A stretch of 64,000 bases of DNA from Waddliaceae bacterium (GTDB taxonomy: Bacteria > Chlamydiota > Chlamydiia > Chlamydiales > SLFE01). The notes under the pieces are model-generated. The model was not told the DNA's origin, made no database searches, and worked only from the letters and a program-made list of their open reading frames with translations. The position numbers and the translations under genes are program-made. Positions within the stretch are counted from its first letter, which is position 1; every line of letters starts with the position of its first letter. The stretch covers positions 131,878 to 195,877 of the forward strand of contig CAWAPJ010000008.1 in assembly GCA_963783885.1 (NCBI GenBank), read 5' to 3'. Below are positions 11,629 through 20,803 of this stretch, piece after piece.

Positions 11629-12036
11629 ATGACTAGTACCCACACAACTGAAGAAGCCAACCAAAAAAGAAATGACCTTTTAACAGGGGAAATCATAGGT
11701 GCTGCGATTGAAGTTCATCGAAGATTAGGTCCAGGCTTGCTTGAATCGACATACGAAACTTGTCTTTGCTACGAGTTGAACCTTGCGGGTTTGAAAGTTA
11801 ACCGGCAGATACCAGTACCTATTATTTATCGTGATAAAAAGCTAGACTCAGGCTACCGGATCGATATGATAGTGGAAGATAAGGTTATTTTGGAGATAAA
11901 ATCTGTGGCCAATCTCTTGCCTGTTCATGAGGCCCAACTTCTATCCTATCTTAAGCATAATGGTGGTGGCAGAGGTTTGCTCATCAATTTCAATGTAAAA
12001 CTTCTAAAAAATGGGATTAGGCGTCTAATCATTTAA
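11629..12036 (+). CDS. GxxExxY protein (PD-(D/E)XK nuclease superfamily)
   Basis: IIGAAIEVHRRLGPGLLESTYETCL (GxxExxY), YRIDMIVEDKVILEIKSV, HEAQLLSYLK, GLLINFNV. Confidence 0.93.
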   Translation: MTSTHTTEEANQKRNDLLTGEIIGAAIEVHRRLGPGLLESTYETCLCYELNLAGLKVNRQIPVPIIYRDKKLDSGYRIDMIVEDKVILEIKSVANLLPVHEAQLLSYLKHNGGGRGLLINFNVKLLKNGIRRLII

Positions 12037-12040
12037 TTCC

Positions 12041-12098
12041 TCTCTCATAATCTCTCAGTGAGCTCGGTGGTCTCAGTGGTGATTTATGCAACAACGCC
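12041..12098 (-). repeat. Right long terminal inverted repeat (58 bp)
   Basis: Reverse complement GGCGTTGTTGCATAAATCACCACTGAGACCACCGAGCTCACTGAGAGATTATGAGAGA; begins a few nt after the GxxExxY stop. Confidence 0.85.
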
Positions 12099-12300
12099 GC
12101 GAAAAGTAGCCCATTCAGTTAATTTTTTATTGTAATATAGCAGTACAAGTTTTTCTATTTTTCCATTTGGGCATTTGACCTTATTTAAAAAACAGCGAAG
12201 GAAATGAGAACAATAAACTGGGAGTTTACCTGTGACAAAGCTCGCGACAAGATAGGCATTATTCAAAGGTTAATAGTTTGTATGTGCCTCCGGAATTTAT

Positions 12301-12858
12301 TTAAAGAATTTTATTGACTAGCCTATAGAGAACGTGGGGGCGCAAGGGGTGCCCCTCCGGAAGTTTGGAATGATTAAAATCGTCTTTGGGGTCGCGGGTC
12401 ATGCCCAGCTTTTCCATCAATTTGATGGAACGGATATTCCGTGCGCTCGTGAATGAAACAATCTCTTCAAGCTTTAAGTCCTCGAAACCATACTTTTTAA
12501 CTTTTGAAGCGGCTTCGAATGCGTATCCTTTCCCCTGATGTTCATAGGCGAGTCTCCAGCCGATTTCAATACAAGGGGTAAAGGATGCAGGAAAGTCCTG
12601 GTAGTGGAGGCCGACAAAGCCAATGAAGGGGGCGCCGCCGATCACTTCTACCGCCCAGAGCCCATAGTCTCGTTCCTCGAGCTCCCATTGAATTTTTTCT
12701 GCAAGGGAGTCGCTTTCTTCTCGGGTCAGCGGGGAGGGAAAAAATTCCATCACTCTTTTGTCGGCGTTCATTTTGGCAAATTCAGAAAGATCTTGGGGTT
12801 TCCATTGCCGTAAAATCAGTCTTTTAGTCTTGAGTGTCGGGACTGGCATTGTTTTCAT
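12301..12858 (-). CDS. GNAT N-acetyltransferase, RimJ/RimL family
   Basis: LKTKRLILRQW, MNADKRVMEFFP, EIGWRL, GKGYAFEAA, NIRSIKLMEKLGM. Confidence 0.9.
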   Translation of the reverse strand: MKTMPVPTLKTKRLILRQWKPQDLSEFAKMNADKRVMEFFPSPLTREESDSLAEKIQWELEERDYGLWAVEVIGGAPFIGFVGLHYQDFPASFTPCIEIGWRLAYEHQGKGYAFEAASKVKKYGFEDLKLEEIVSFTSARNIRSIKLMEKLGMTRDPKDDFNHSKLPEGHPLRPHVLYRLVNKIL

Positions 12859-12949
12859 ATATTTTATGCTGTTTAGTCATTTCTAACAAGATGATTTGTC
12901 CGAAAATGTTTCTTGCTTTATGATTCATGATCTATTTTGAGAGGGGATA

Positions 12950-13378
12950 ATGACAACAGAACCGAGAGTCGGCGTGGGAGTTTTGGTAATGAAGGAAGGT
13001 GCGGTTCTTTTGGGCGAGAGGATCAATGCCCATGGCGCCGGAACATGGTGCCCTCCGGGAGGCCATCTGGAGTTCGGGGAAACCCCGGAGGAGTGCGCGG
13101 CAAGAGAATTGGAAGAAGAGACAGGTCTTGTGGCTAAAGAGGTCGTTGCCGGTCCCTGGACAAATGATTTTTTTGAGATCGAGGGCAAACATTATATAAC
13201 TTTATATATGATTGTTCCAGAGTTCAAAGGAACTCCTGTGGTTAAAGAGCCTGATAAGTGTTTGCAGTGGAAATGGTTTGAGTGCGACAGGCTGCCCTCT
13301 CAGCTTTTTTTGAGCTTGTCAAATCTGCTCAAGGAAACTTCGTTATTTGAATTGATTTCTAAAACGATTTCACCGTAA
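12950..13378 (+). CDS. NUDIX hydrolase (NUDT15/MTH2-like)
   Basis: PRVGVGV, Nudix box GGHLEFGETPEECAARELEEETGL, HYITLYM, EPDKCLQWKW. Confidence 0.92.
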   Translation: MTTEPRVGVGVLVMKEGAVLLGERINAHGAGTWCPPGGHLEFGETPEECAARELEEETGLVAKEVVAGPWTNDFFEIEGKHYITLYMIVPEFKGTPVVKEPDKCLQWKWFECDRLPSQLFLSLSNLLKETSLFELISKTISP

Positions 13379-13405
13379 AATCGCCGGTATTTACGGAGGT
13401 TTTCT

Positions 13406-13837
13406 ATGTTAAGACATCTTTTCTCACTTTTTTTAGTCAGCGGAGTTCTCTCTGCCGATCCTGCGGCTGTCTGCGTTCCCCACGATTCGATTCCTAAATT
13501 CGGTCATAACGGAAATACCTTTCAGACACTTTCCTCGAAAGCTTTGGGAGCTAAGGAGTATGAAGTCTGGAGATCGAGCATCGCGGTGGGGTCGAGAACT
13601 ACCAGGCATGTTCATGAAACCGAAGAAGTTTTTATCATCCTTCAAGGAAAGATTTTAGCAATTGTCGGAGATGAGGAAATTCTTTGCGAGGCGCCTTCAA
13701 CACTCATCTGCCCGGCAAATGTCGCTCATCAGCTATTTAATGTCGGAGACGTGCGGACCGACCATTTTCTGGTCATCGGCATCGATTCGGCCATCAATGA
13801 TGAGGACGGAAATGAAATGCATCTCCCTTGGCGGTGA
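13406..13837 (+). CDS. Cupin domain protein with signal peptide
   Basis: Hydrophobic N-terminus; cupin motifs HVHETEEVFIILQG and PANVAHQ. Confidence 0.85.
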   Translation: MLRHLFSLFLVSGVLSADPAAVCVPHDSIPKFGHNGNTFQTLSSKALGAKEYEVWRSSIAVGSRTTRHVHETEEVFIILQGKILAIVGDEEILCEAPSTLICPANVAHQLFNVGDVRTDHFLVIGIDSAINDEDGNEMHLPWR

Positions 13838-13846
13838 AGTTGATTT

Positions 13847-15208
13847 ATGAGCCGAGTCAATTTTTTTACACCTGTTCGTTACAAGGGACATAATTCTCTT
13901 AAACATTGCGTTTACAATAGCATCGAAACCTATTTCTATCTTGGGGGAAAAAAGGCTTATGTCATCCCCAACAGCGGGAAGGATGGAGAGCGGCAGGTCG
14001 ATATTATCAAAAAGAGAAATCAGCTATCCCCGATAAAAGCGGCTTCCTATTTAACCGGAATTATTCCTTTGATCATGATCATTGCGAAAATCCTGTTTAG
14101 GGCAACGCATAAATTTCAGGCTGTTTCATCAGAACAAACCCTTCAGAAAGGCGTTGTGATCAATGAAGATATAAAAAACAGCGTCGCGTCTATTATGGGG
14201 CATGTTTTGAAAAGGAATTCTCAACAAGGGGTCACGTATTATAATTCACAAGCCAATCACCGCGTATTTTCATTAGACTCCGCTCCGGGTTTAGTTTTTA
14301 AATTGAAGGCAGATAAAAAGCTTTGTGTCGTGGGCAGGGATGATTCTATGCGGGCGCGGTATCAAAGTATGATATTTGCCGAAAGAGTGTGCCGTATCCA
14401 TAATCTCGGACTTCTTACGATTCCGAGAGCAAAGCTATTTACAGTACCCTTTAAGAAAGAAAAGTTTGACGTCATTGCCGAGCAAAAGTTAAATATTTCT
14501 TCAGAAAAGAGCATTCAAGATCAAAAGCTCATTCAACAGCTGATAGTTTTTATCGCAAAGACAGGTTTTAGCGATGTCGAATGGCGCAATATTCCTTTGA
14601 CGAATGATGGGAAAATTGCTTTGATTGATATTGAAGAAATGAAGAGACCTGAACAGGGGATCTTCGGGCAAAAAAAGCCTGCAAGGCGAGGTCTTGTCCG
14701 ATGTGTTGATCGCGAGCATATCGACTTTGTTATCAAACAAGCAAGAAAACATGGGATTTATCATAAGGAAAATGCGGCGGCAGCAAAAATCGCAAGACTT
14801 AGGGAATTGGATGACGACAAAGTGTTAAAAGAATTTTATCGAGAGAAAAATATTATAAGTGGGAATGAACTGCTGAAGGTTGATCTTAACTGTCTTGGAC
14901 TTGACTTGCAACAAACGCAAAGATTCTTTGTCAAAAACAAATCAATCCATGTGACTTTAGCAGTAGCAACGAAATTCGTTGTGGATGCGATTAATAAAGC
15001 GATTCAGAGCATGTCAGACAAGCCGGTAGCGCTAAAACAAAAGCGGCGAATGCTGCTTGATATTAATAAGGATGTTTTTGGGCAGTTTGACAACTTTATG
15101 CTTGGAAATAAATCTTGGCTTTTCTGCATTGTTGATGCCCTTGTTGCCCATGGCTACCTCTACAAAATAGAATGTCATGATGATAGAGGCTATATAGTAC
15201 AGGCTTAA
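13847..15208 (+). CDS. Chlamydial DUF648-like N-terminal domain plus atypical kinase-like domain; putative effector
   Basis: FFTPVRY...YFYLGGKKAYVI and KAASYLTGIIPLIMIIAKILFRATHKF are typical of DUF648; downstream LVFKLK, FSDVEWRNI and IALIDIE resemble kinase-fold motifs. Confidence 0.55.
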   Translation: MSRVNFFTPVRYKGHNSLKHCVYNSIETYFYLGGKKAYVIPNSGKDGERQVDIIKKRNQLSPIKAASYLTGIIPLIMIIAKILFRATHKFQAVSSEQTLQKGVVINEDIKNSVASIMGHVLKRNSQQGVTYYNSQANHRVFSLDSAPGLVFKLKADKKLCVVGRDDSMRARYQSMIFAERVCRIHNLGLLTIPRAKLFTVPFKKEKFDVIAEQKLNISSEKSIQDQKLIQQLIVFIAKTGFSDVEWRNIPLTNDGKIALIDIEEMKRPEQGIFGQKKPARRGLVRCVDREHIDFVIKQARKHGIYHKENAAAAKIARLRELDDDKVLKEFYREKNIISGNELLKVDLNCLGLDLQQTQRFFVKNKSIHVTLAVATKFVVDAINKAIQSMSDKPVALKQKRRMLLDINKDVFGQFDNFMLGNKSWLFCIVDALVAHGYLYKIECHDDRGYIVQA

Positions 15209-17371
15209 TCACTCTCTAGCTTTCACGGGTTTATAGGCGGCAGAGTATTTGTTTTGGCAGCTGGGCTCTTCCTTCACATAAATATCTCGCTTGGGATAGG
15301 GGATCTGGAAGCCGCATTCGGTAATGGCCGATTCGAGTTCCCAGTAGAAGGATCCTTTGACCGAGCCGTGGTTGCCCGAGCGGAAGACGTTTGTCCAGAC
15401 GACAAGCTCGAACATCAGGCCGTTTTCCCCGAAATCGACAAGCCAGCATTGGGGGTCGTTCACACCTTGCGCTTTTCCGACTGTGGCGGGTACATTGAGG
15501 GCGGCTTTGATGGCGGCCTCTTCAATCTTTTCTTTGTCTGTGCCGAAAGCAACACAAAAGGGGATGTGGAATCGTTTGTAAGGGTCCCGCCTGGTCCAGT
15601 TGGTGTAACGTTCGGAAACAAGCGTTGAATTGGGGATGACGATGTCTGTTCCGTCCCAGGTACGGATGATGGTGTTTTGCACGTGAATCGCCGAGACAGA
15701 GCCCCAATGTCCATCGTTCATCTCAATATAATCGCCCACTTTGATGTTGCGGGTAAAGAGAATGATCAGACCGCAGACAAAGTTATTGACGATGCTCTGC
15801 AGACCGAACCCGATACCGACGCTGAGCGCGCCGACGACGATAAATATCCTGTCGAAGTCCAGGCCAATGCTGGTCATGGCGATGACAAGGCCGATGGTGA
15901 GGATGACATAATGGATCAGCCGGTTGATCGAATAGATAAAGCCGTGGGAGACATTCGTTTTTTTCCTGAAGGCATTTGAGAGAAGTTGACGCACAAAATA
16001 GGAAACAAAATAGGTGAAGATCAGGACGAGGAGGGCTTTGACAATGTTTTTGACTGTAATGGGCTGCTCGCCGATTTTAAACAGGGTTTGGTTGTACCAG
16101 GCGATGATGCCTGTGCAGCAGTTTTCGATTGAATCGAGCGTTCCCGACCACCACCGGCTGAGAGGCGATTTTTGGCTTTGAATGATTTGACCGAATTGTT
16201 CGAGCACGACGCCGGTCGTGAAGATTTTTCCTCCCACTTGCTGAAGGAGGAGGCGGTTTTCCTGAATGAGTTTGATTCTTTCAGCCTGGAGGTTTTCGAT
16301 TTCGTTGTCTGGCGAGGGCTCCTCTTCGGCAACGGACTTAAAGCGATTCAGTTCTTCTTCGTTTTTCTTTTCCCATTCGCTTTTCTGATCTTTGATATTG
16401 GCAAGTTTGCTAGACCAGCTTTCATAGTCCTTCTCAAGCTGCTCGATATCCTCCGGGGGGCTTCCTATGCCTAATTTGATCTGCTGCATCAGGACTGCCA
16501 GTTCCGCGGCAAGCTCTTTGACTGATGTTTTATGCTCTTTTAGTTGCTGTAGCGAGCCTTTCAGCTTCCCCGAGAGGGAATTATCGGTAACCGGCAGAGC
16601 TTTCAGTTCATGCTGGAGCGATTCATGGCGGGTTTTTTCCAGCTCTTGTTTTGCCGAAGACAACTCGCTTTCGATTTCAGCGATATTGATGTCACCATAG
16701 TCAATGTGTTTTCTGGCGTAGTTAAGCTCTTCCTCGGAATTATCGAGTTGATCACCTGTGATGTCGATTTTTTCCCGTGTTACCCTCAGTTTTTCTTTAT
16801 TGATAGCAACAGTGAATCGGGTGTTGAGGATTTCAAGGCCTTGAATCAATTTCTGAAAGTTGTTCTCTTTCATTTCCTGATAGGAAACGATGAGTTTATC
16901 CAGATGGTTTGAGAGCTTCGACAGGCGGTTGCTTAAAAACTTGGCTTCTTTTTTTTCGCTATCTAAAAGCGACCGCTCATAAGAGACCTGTTTGGCGACA
17001 TCGATCTGCTGCTGGAGGCTGTAGCTGTCCAAAAACGGCTTAGGGGCGGGCTTTTCCCCCTTTTCTTGTCTGACTTCGGCATACGCTTCCATATTGCCGG
17101 ACAGCCTTTTAATCAGAACGGCCGCTTGGTCCTTTTGCTCGCTTTCCAGTCCTTCAAGAATCTTTTCGAGCTCTTCCTTGATAGCTTCAGCGTGTTTTTT
17201 ATAATTTTTGCCTTCGACAATAAAATAATCCCACCAGTTGGTTTTGAGATTCATGGGATTGGGAAGTTCGACTTGAACAGCTGTCCCTTTCTTGTCTTGG
17301 GCACTCAATAATGGCGAACAAAAAACACTGCTTAATAAAACTAATGAAATTAACAATCTTTTGATAAACAT
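15209..17371 (-). CDS. MscS-family mechanosensitive channel with large periplasmic coiled-coil N-terminus
   Basis: Signal peptide, long helical region, then GALSVGIGFGLQSIVNNFVCGLIIL, IKVGDYIE, IVIPNS; alternative GTG start at 17392. Confidence 0.9.
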   Translation of the reverse strand: MFIKRLLISLVLLSSVFCSPLLSAQDKKGTAVQVELPNPMNLKTNWWDYFIVEGKNYKKHAEAIKEELEKILEGLESEQKDQAAVLIKRLSGNMEAYAEVRQEKGEKPAPKPFLDSYSLQQQIDVAKQVSYERSLLDSEKKEAKFLSNRLSKLSNHLDKLIVSYQEMKENNFQKLIQGLEILNTRFTVAINKEKLRVTREKIDITGDQLDNSEEELNYARKHIDYGDINIAEIESELSSAKQELEKTRHESLQHELKALPVTDNSLSGKLKGSLQQLKEHKTSVKELAAELAVLMQQIKLGIGSPPEDIEQLEKDYESWSSKLANIKDQKSEWEKKNEEELNRFKSVAEEEPSPDNEIENLQAERIKLIQENRLLLQQVGGKIFTTGVVLEQFGQIIQSQKSPLSRWWSGTLDSIENCCTGIIAWYNQTLFKIGEQPITVKNIVKALLVLIFTYFVSYFVRQLLSNAFRKKTNVSHGFIYSINRLIHYVILTIGLVIAMTSIGLDFDRIFIVVGALSVGIGFGLQSIVNNFVCGLIILFTRNIKVGDYIEMNDGHWGSVSAIHVQNTIIRTWDGTDIVIPNSTLVSERYTNWTRRDPYKRFHIPFCVAFGTDKEKIEEAAIKAALNVPATVGKAQGVNDPQCWLVDFGENGLMFELVVWTNVFRSGNHGSVKGSFYWELESAITECGFQIPYPKRDIYVKEEPSCQNKYSAAYKPVKARE

Positions 17372-17409
17372 TGGCAAATCACCTATATTCACATTAAATA
17401 ACTATTTTA

Positions 17410-19440
17410 CTAAAAAAATGTTTTATTTTCTAGAATTATCTTTGATTGATAGTCGGGACGATAGTTCCAGGTCCAGGAAGGGTGTAAAATCTTTTTTTGA
17501 AAAAGAGCGATCTTTCCGTTTTTTTCTTTGGCAATGACGCGGGTGCCTGAGGGAACTTCTATATGGAAGTTCCCCGGGAAGGTCAGATTTTCCGCGAAAA
17601 ATTCACCGTTGCCATGGATGATGATTTCGCACGATTCTTTCCGAGGATAATCGCCTTTCCACCATTCTGTAACTTGGTTTCTGTCGATTCCTTGATTTTT
17701 GACTGTGACATTGATCAGTTGGCATTTTCCGCATTTGTCGGAATATTGGAGCACACCCTTGTCGTTTAAATGGCCTAGCGGGGAGACGGCAAGAATTCTG
17801 AGGCTGCCGTCCAGATGAAGATCCTGCATTTGCAGTTCGGCAATTTCCAGAACCATCTCGCTTCCATTGGTCAGTCTGCCCCCCTGGACTTTTTGACGGA
17901 TGACGTCGTCGGGACCAAGGGCTGGATGAAAATCGATGATGACATTGGGTCCATAAGAGAGATATTCTTCCAAGGAGGCTTGGGAGGGAAGCCTCATAGA
18001 GAAAGCTTTTCGGTTTTTTTTCAATAGGTCGTAAAACGCCTGGACGGGAGTTTGAGCGAGTTCTTTTCCCTTATCATAGGAGCGTTTTATGGTCGATGAA
18101 ACTTCAGAACGCTCATGAAAAATGGCAAAGCTTGGAGGGTCCTCCGGTGTTTGATAACGAATATTGTCGGCGACTCCTTGCATGATGGTTTCCAGCCTGC
18201 CTCCGTGGACTTTGCGGCCGTCGATTGTCGGAAATTGGCTTTTCATATTGATCATGAGGCCGGGGAGGGGGTTTTGCCTGATCGCCTTTTTGACAGCGTC
18301 TATATCTAAAAACATGATATTCGTATTCGAGGGAAAGATCTTGCTTTCATTAAAGCTTGGAGCGGTATATTCGATATTGGTTAAACAAAATGTAGGGGGC
18401 GTTGTGGAAGCGTCTTTTTTGACAACGAGCTTTCCTTCGGAAATGTTGCGGGGCCGTTTGCAGGTGAGAGTGCCGAAGGCCGCATCTGTCCAGAGTCCGG
18501 CTCCGATAAGTTCGGGAAGGTAGCGCCAAGCAAGGGGATTGTTGATCTGTCTGGTAATCACCTTTTTTCCAGCCATTTTGTCCAAAAGGCCGCTGTCTAA
18601 AGCCAGCTTCCATATCGCTCCGTGGCCGCCCGGTTTTAACTTTAAATCGCCCGGGGCGAAAAAAGCCCATCTCCCTTCTTCGGTAATCACCGGCACTGAA
18701 GGCTGCACAAGAAAGTGATAGGAATCCTTAGGGCGATGATATTTGATCAGTTCCCGTATGCGGCGGTCGTTGTCTTTCTCATGAGAAGTCATCAGCACAG
18801 TAGGAATTATCACCTGCTTCCCAAAGAGCTTAAAGTGGAGGTACTCGAGCGCCTGCAGATCGCGGTAAATTCCGTCAAGGAGAGGCCTGCCGTTGAATTT
18901 GAAGTTGGCTGCGGGGAGGCCTTCTCCGGTTTTCGGATCGATGTGGCCCAGCCTGTCTGCGGCACCTCCTACCGGAGAGGCAACGATAAGCCGGCCGATA
19001 TTTTTTATGCCATGAAGAATCATTTCGTCTTTTCTTTTTCCAAAATCGAAATCAACAGGCTGTTCTAATGAGATATGGGGACTGCTTTTAGATTTTTTTC
19101 CCGATATAAAATCGAGGGCGGCCAGATGATAGCCGACTACACCTCCGATCGTGTTGTAAAAAAGCTCGGTTAGGAGGAGATTGTCGGCCAAAAGCTTGAG
19201 ATTTAAGTTTTTTTGGTTAAAGACCGCATCTTGTTCCCCAAGGGCAATGAGGGCTGCGAGGGCGACACGTTTATCAAGGGGGAACGTTTCGATCAAGCAA
19301 GAGACATTCGGGTGGGAGTCGAGATACCGGCTCACGTCGGGCTCGCGGATAATCCGTTCATACTTTTCCGCAGGGGTTCTAAGCGCTTGCAATTTTGCAA
19401 CCAGTTGAGTGAGGCAGCCGATCTTATCTGTTGTATTCAT
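17410..19440 (-). CDS. UTP--glucose-1-phosphate uridylyltransferase, chlamydial/plastid UGP3 type
   Basis: YNTIGGVVGYH, PVGGAADRLG, KPGGHGAIWKLA, RQINNP, TNIEYT, FPSNTN, GGRLETIMQ; start may be 19482. Confidence 0.8.
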   Translation of the reverse strand: MNTTDKIGCLTQLVAKLQALRTPAEKYERIIREPDVSRYLDSHPNVSCLIETFPLDKRVALAALIALGEQDAVFNQKNLNLKLLADNLLLTELFYNTIGGVVGYHLAALDFISGKKSKSSPHISLEQPVDFDFGKRKDEMILHGIKNIGRLIVASPVGGAADRLGHIDPKTGEGLPAANFKFNGRPLLDGIYRDLQALEYLHFKLFGKQVIIPTVLMTSHEKDNDRRIRELIKYHRPKDSYHFLVQPSVPVITEEGRWAFFAPGDLKLKPGGHGAIWKLALDSGLLDKMAGKKVITRQINNPLAWRYLPELIGAGLWTDAAFGTLTCKRPRNISEGKLVVKKDASTTPPTFCLTNIEYTAPSFNESKIFPSNTNIMFLDIDAVKKAIRQNPLPGLMINMKSQFPTIDGRKVHGGRLETIMQGVADNIRYQTPEDPPSFAIFHERSEVSSTIKRSYDKGKELAQTPVQAFYDLLKKNRKAFSMRLPSQASLEEYLSYGPNVIIDFHPALGPDDVIRQKVQGGRLTNGSEMVLEIAELQMQDLHLDGSLRILAVSPLGHLNDKGVLQYSDKCGKCQLINVTVKNQGIDRNQVTEWWKGDYPRKESCEIIIHGNGEFFAENLTFPGNFHIEVPSGTRVIAKEKNGKIALFQKKILHPSWTWNYRPDYQSKIILENKTFF

Positions 19441-19509
19441 TGTTCTTATTGTTAAAATAGCGAATTTTAAGAGCCTCTTCAAATAGATTCAAGGAATTTC
19501 TAAAAAATT

Positions 19510-20484
19510 ATGAATCAGGAAACACAAGAAATCCGGACTCTCGATTTTAAGCCTTTTCCTTTGTTTAAATCCGGATATTATCAAACAATTTTAGGGAGTT
19601 TTGGTTTTCCGGTGATGAGTCCTCCTTCTGTTCAGGAGCTCATTCGACTTGAGGATGGAAATCAGCTCTGCTGCCGCATGTTTGCACCGAAGGAATGGGA
19701 GGAAAATGGCCGTATAGTCGTTTTACTTCACGGCATGGGAGGGTCGAGCAGCTCGCATTATATTCGGCGGATGGCGGCTAAGCTTTTCCGTTTGGGCTAT
19801 CTTGTCTATTGCATCAATAGGCGCGGCTGCGGTTGCGGAGAGGGGTTGTCCAGGTTTCTTTCCCATGCAGGATATACCCGGGATATTCTCATTGTTCTTG
19901 AAGAGTTGAAGAGGCGTTTTCCCAAAGCGTCAATACAAATGACAGCCTTTTCAATAGGGGGGAACATCTTGTTAAAGCTCCTCGGAGAGCTTGGAACCGA
20001 AGGGCAAAAATATCTCTCTCATGCGATCGCTGTTTGTCCTCTTGTCGACATTGCCGATACTGTAAAAACCATTGATCGTTTTATGGAAAAATATTATTTA
20101 AAGACGCTTGTCAGTCTGGTCAAAAGTTGCGAGGAGGCATTTCCGGATGAGGAAAAGGCGGCATTTCCAAAAAACATGACACTCGATGATTACAATCGTC
20201 TATACATTGTTCCCAAATGGGGGTATTCAAGCGTCGAGGAATATTATAAAAAGAACAGCTGCACTCATTTTGTCCCTCATATTGACGTTTCCTGCGATAT
20301 TCTCTTTTCACAGGATGACCCGATCATTCGATCCCATACAATCGAATCGCTCAAGGCGCCTCTGTCAATGCGACGATGGAGAACAAGTTTTGGAGGGCAC
20401 ATGGGATTTTTAGGGTATGTGCCCGGAAATTTAAACATTCGATGGATGGACCATCAAATCCTTGAGTGGATAATAAACCGATAA
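19510..20484 (+). CDS. YheT/ABHD-family alpha/beta hydrolase
   Basis: LLHGMGGSS, NRRGCG, nucleophile AFSIGG, QDDPII, GGHMGF. Confidence 0.88.
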   Translation: MNQETQEIRTLDFKPFPLFKSGYYQTILGSFGFPVMSPPSVQELIRLEDGNQLCCRMFAPKEWEENGRIVVLLHGMGGSSSSHYIRRMAAKLFRLGYLVYCINRRGCGCGEGLSRFLSHAGYTRDILIVLEELKRRFPKASIQMTAFSIGGNILLKLLGELGTEGQKYLSHAIAVCPLVDIADTVKTIDRFMEKYYLKTLVSLVKSCEEAFPDEEKAAFPKNMTLDDYNRLYIVPKWGYSSVEEYYKKNSCTHFVPHIDVSCDILFSQDDPIIRSHTIESLKAPLSMRRWRTSFGGHMGFLGYVPGNLNIRWMDHQILEWIINR

Positions 20485-20504
20485 AAGTGTTTGATATATC
20501 AACG

Positions 20505-20534
20505 ATATTGGGATCTTGCGATCCCAATATAAAA
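20505..20534 (-). terminator. Hairpin terminator between convergent yheT-like and RRM genes
   Basis: ATATTGGGATC-TTGC-GATCCCAATAT perfect 11-bp stem. Confidence 0.65.
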
Positions 20535-20539
20535 GACTA

Positions 20540-20803
20540 TCAGGCGTTTCTTCTTCGACCTTTATTTTCGTTGGCTTCCTGTACAGAAATTGCCCGGCCA
20601 TCTATTTCCTTGCCATCAAGTTCTGAAATTGCTTTTTGCCCATCTTCCTGATTGGCAAATTGAACAAATCCAAAACCTCGAGATCTCCCGGTATCCCGGT
20701 CTAAAATGACACGGGCGCTTTCAACGGCTCCAATAGACTCGAATTCTTCTCGCAACTTTTCCTCGGTTACCGAGTAGGCAAGATTTCTCACAAATAAATT
20801 CAT
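20540..20803 (-). CDS. RNA recognition motif (RRM) RNA-binding protein
   Basis: RNP2 LFVRNL, RNP1 RGFGFVQF, DRDTGRS. Confidence 0.95.
   Translation of the reverse strand: MNLFVRNLAYSVTEEKLREEFESIGAVESARVILDRDTGRSRGFGFVQFANQEDGQKAISELDGKEIDGRAISVQEANENKGRRRNA

Larger units (their letters stand above)
10535..12098. mobile_element. IS5-family (IS903 group) element of 1564 bp carrying a divergent GxxExxY passenger gene
   Basis: Termini GGCTTTGTTGCGTAATT and (reverse complement) GGCGTTGTTGCATAAAT resemble IS903 ends (GGCTTTGTTGAATAAATC) and enclose both the transposase and the GxxExxY gene; no target duplication seen. Confidence 0.8.

Noticed and set aside
10526-12107. Target-site duplication of the IS element
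   Set aside because: The 9-bp flanks CATGGGAAG and GCGAAAAGT do not match
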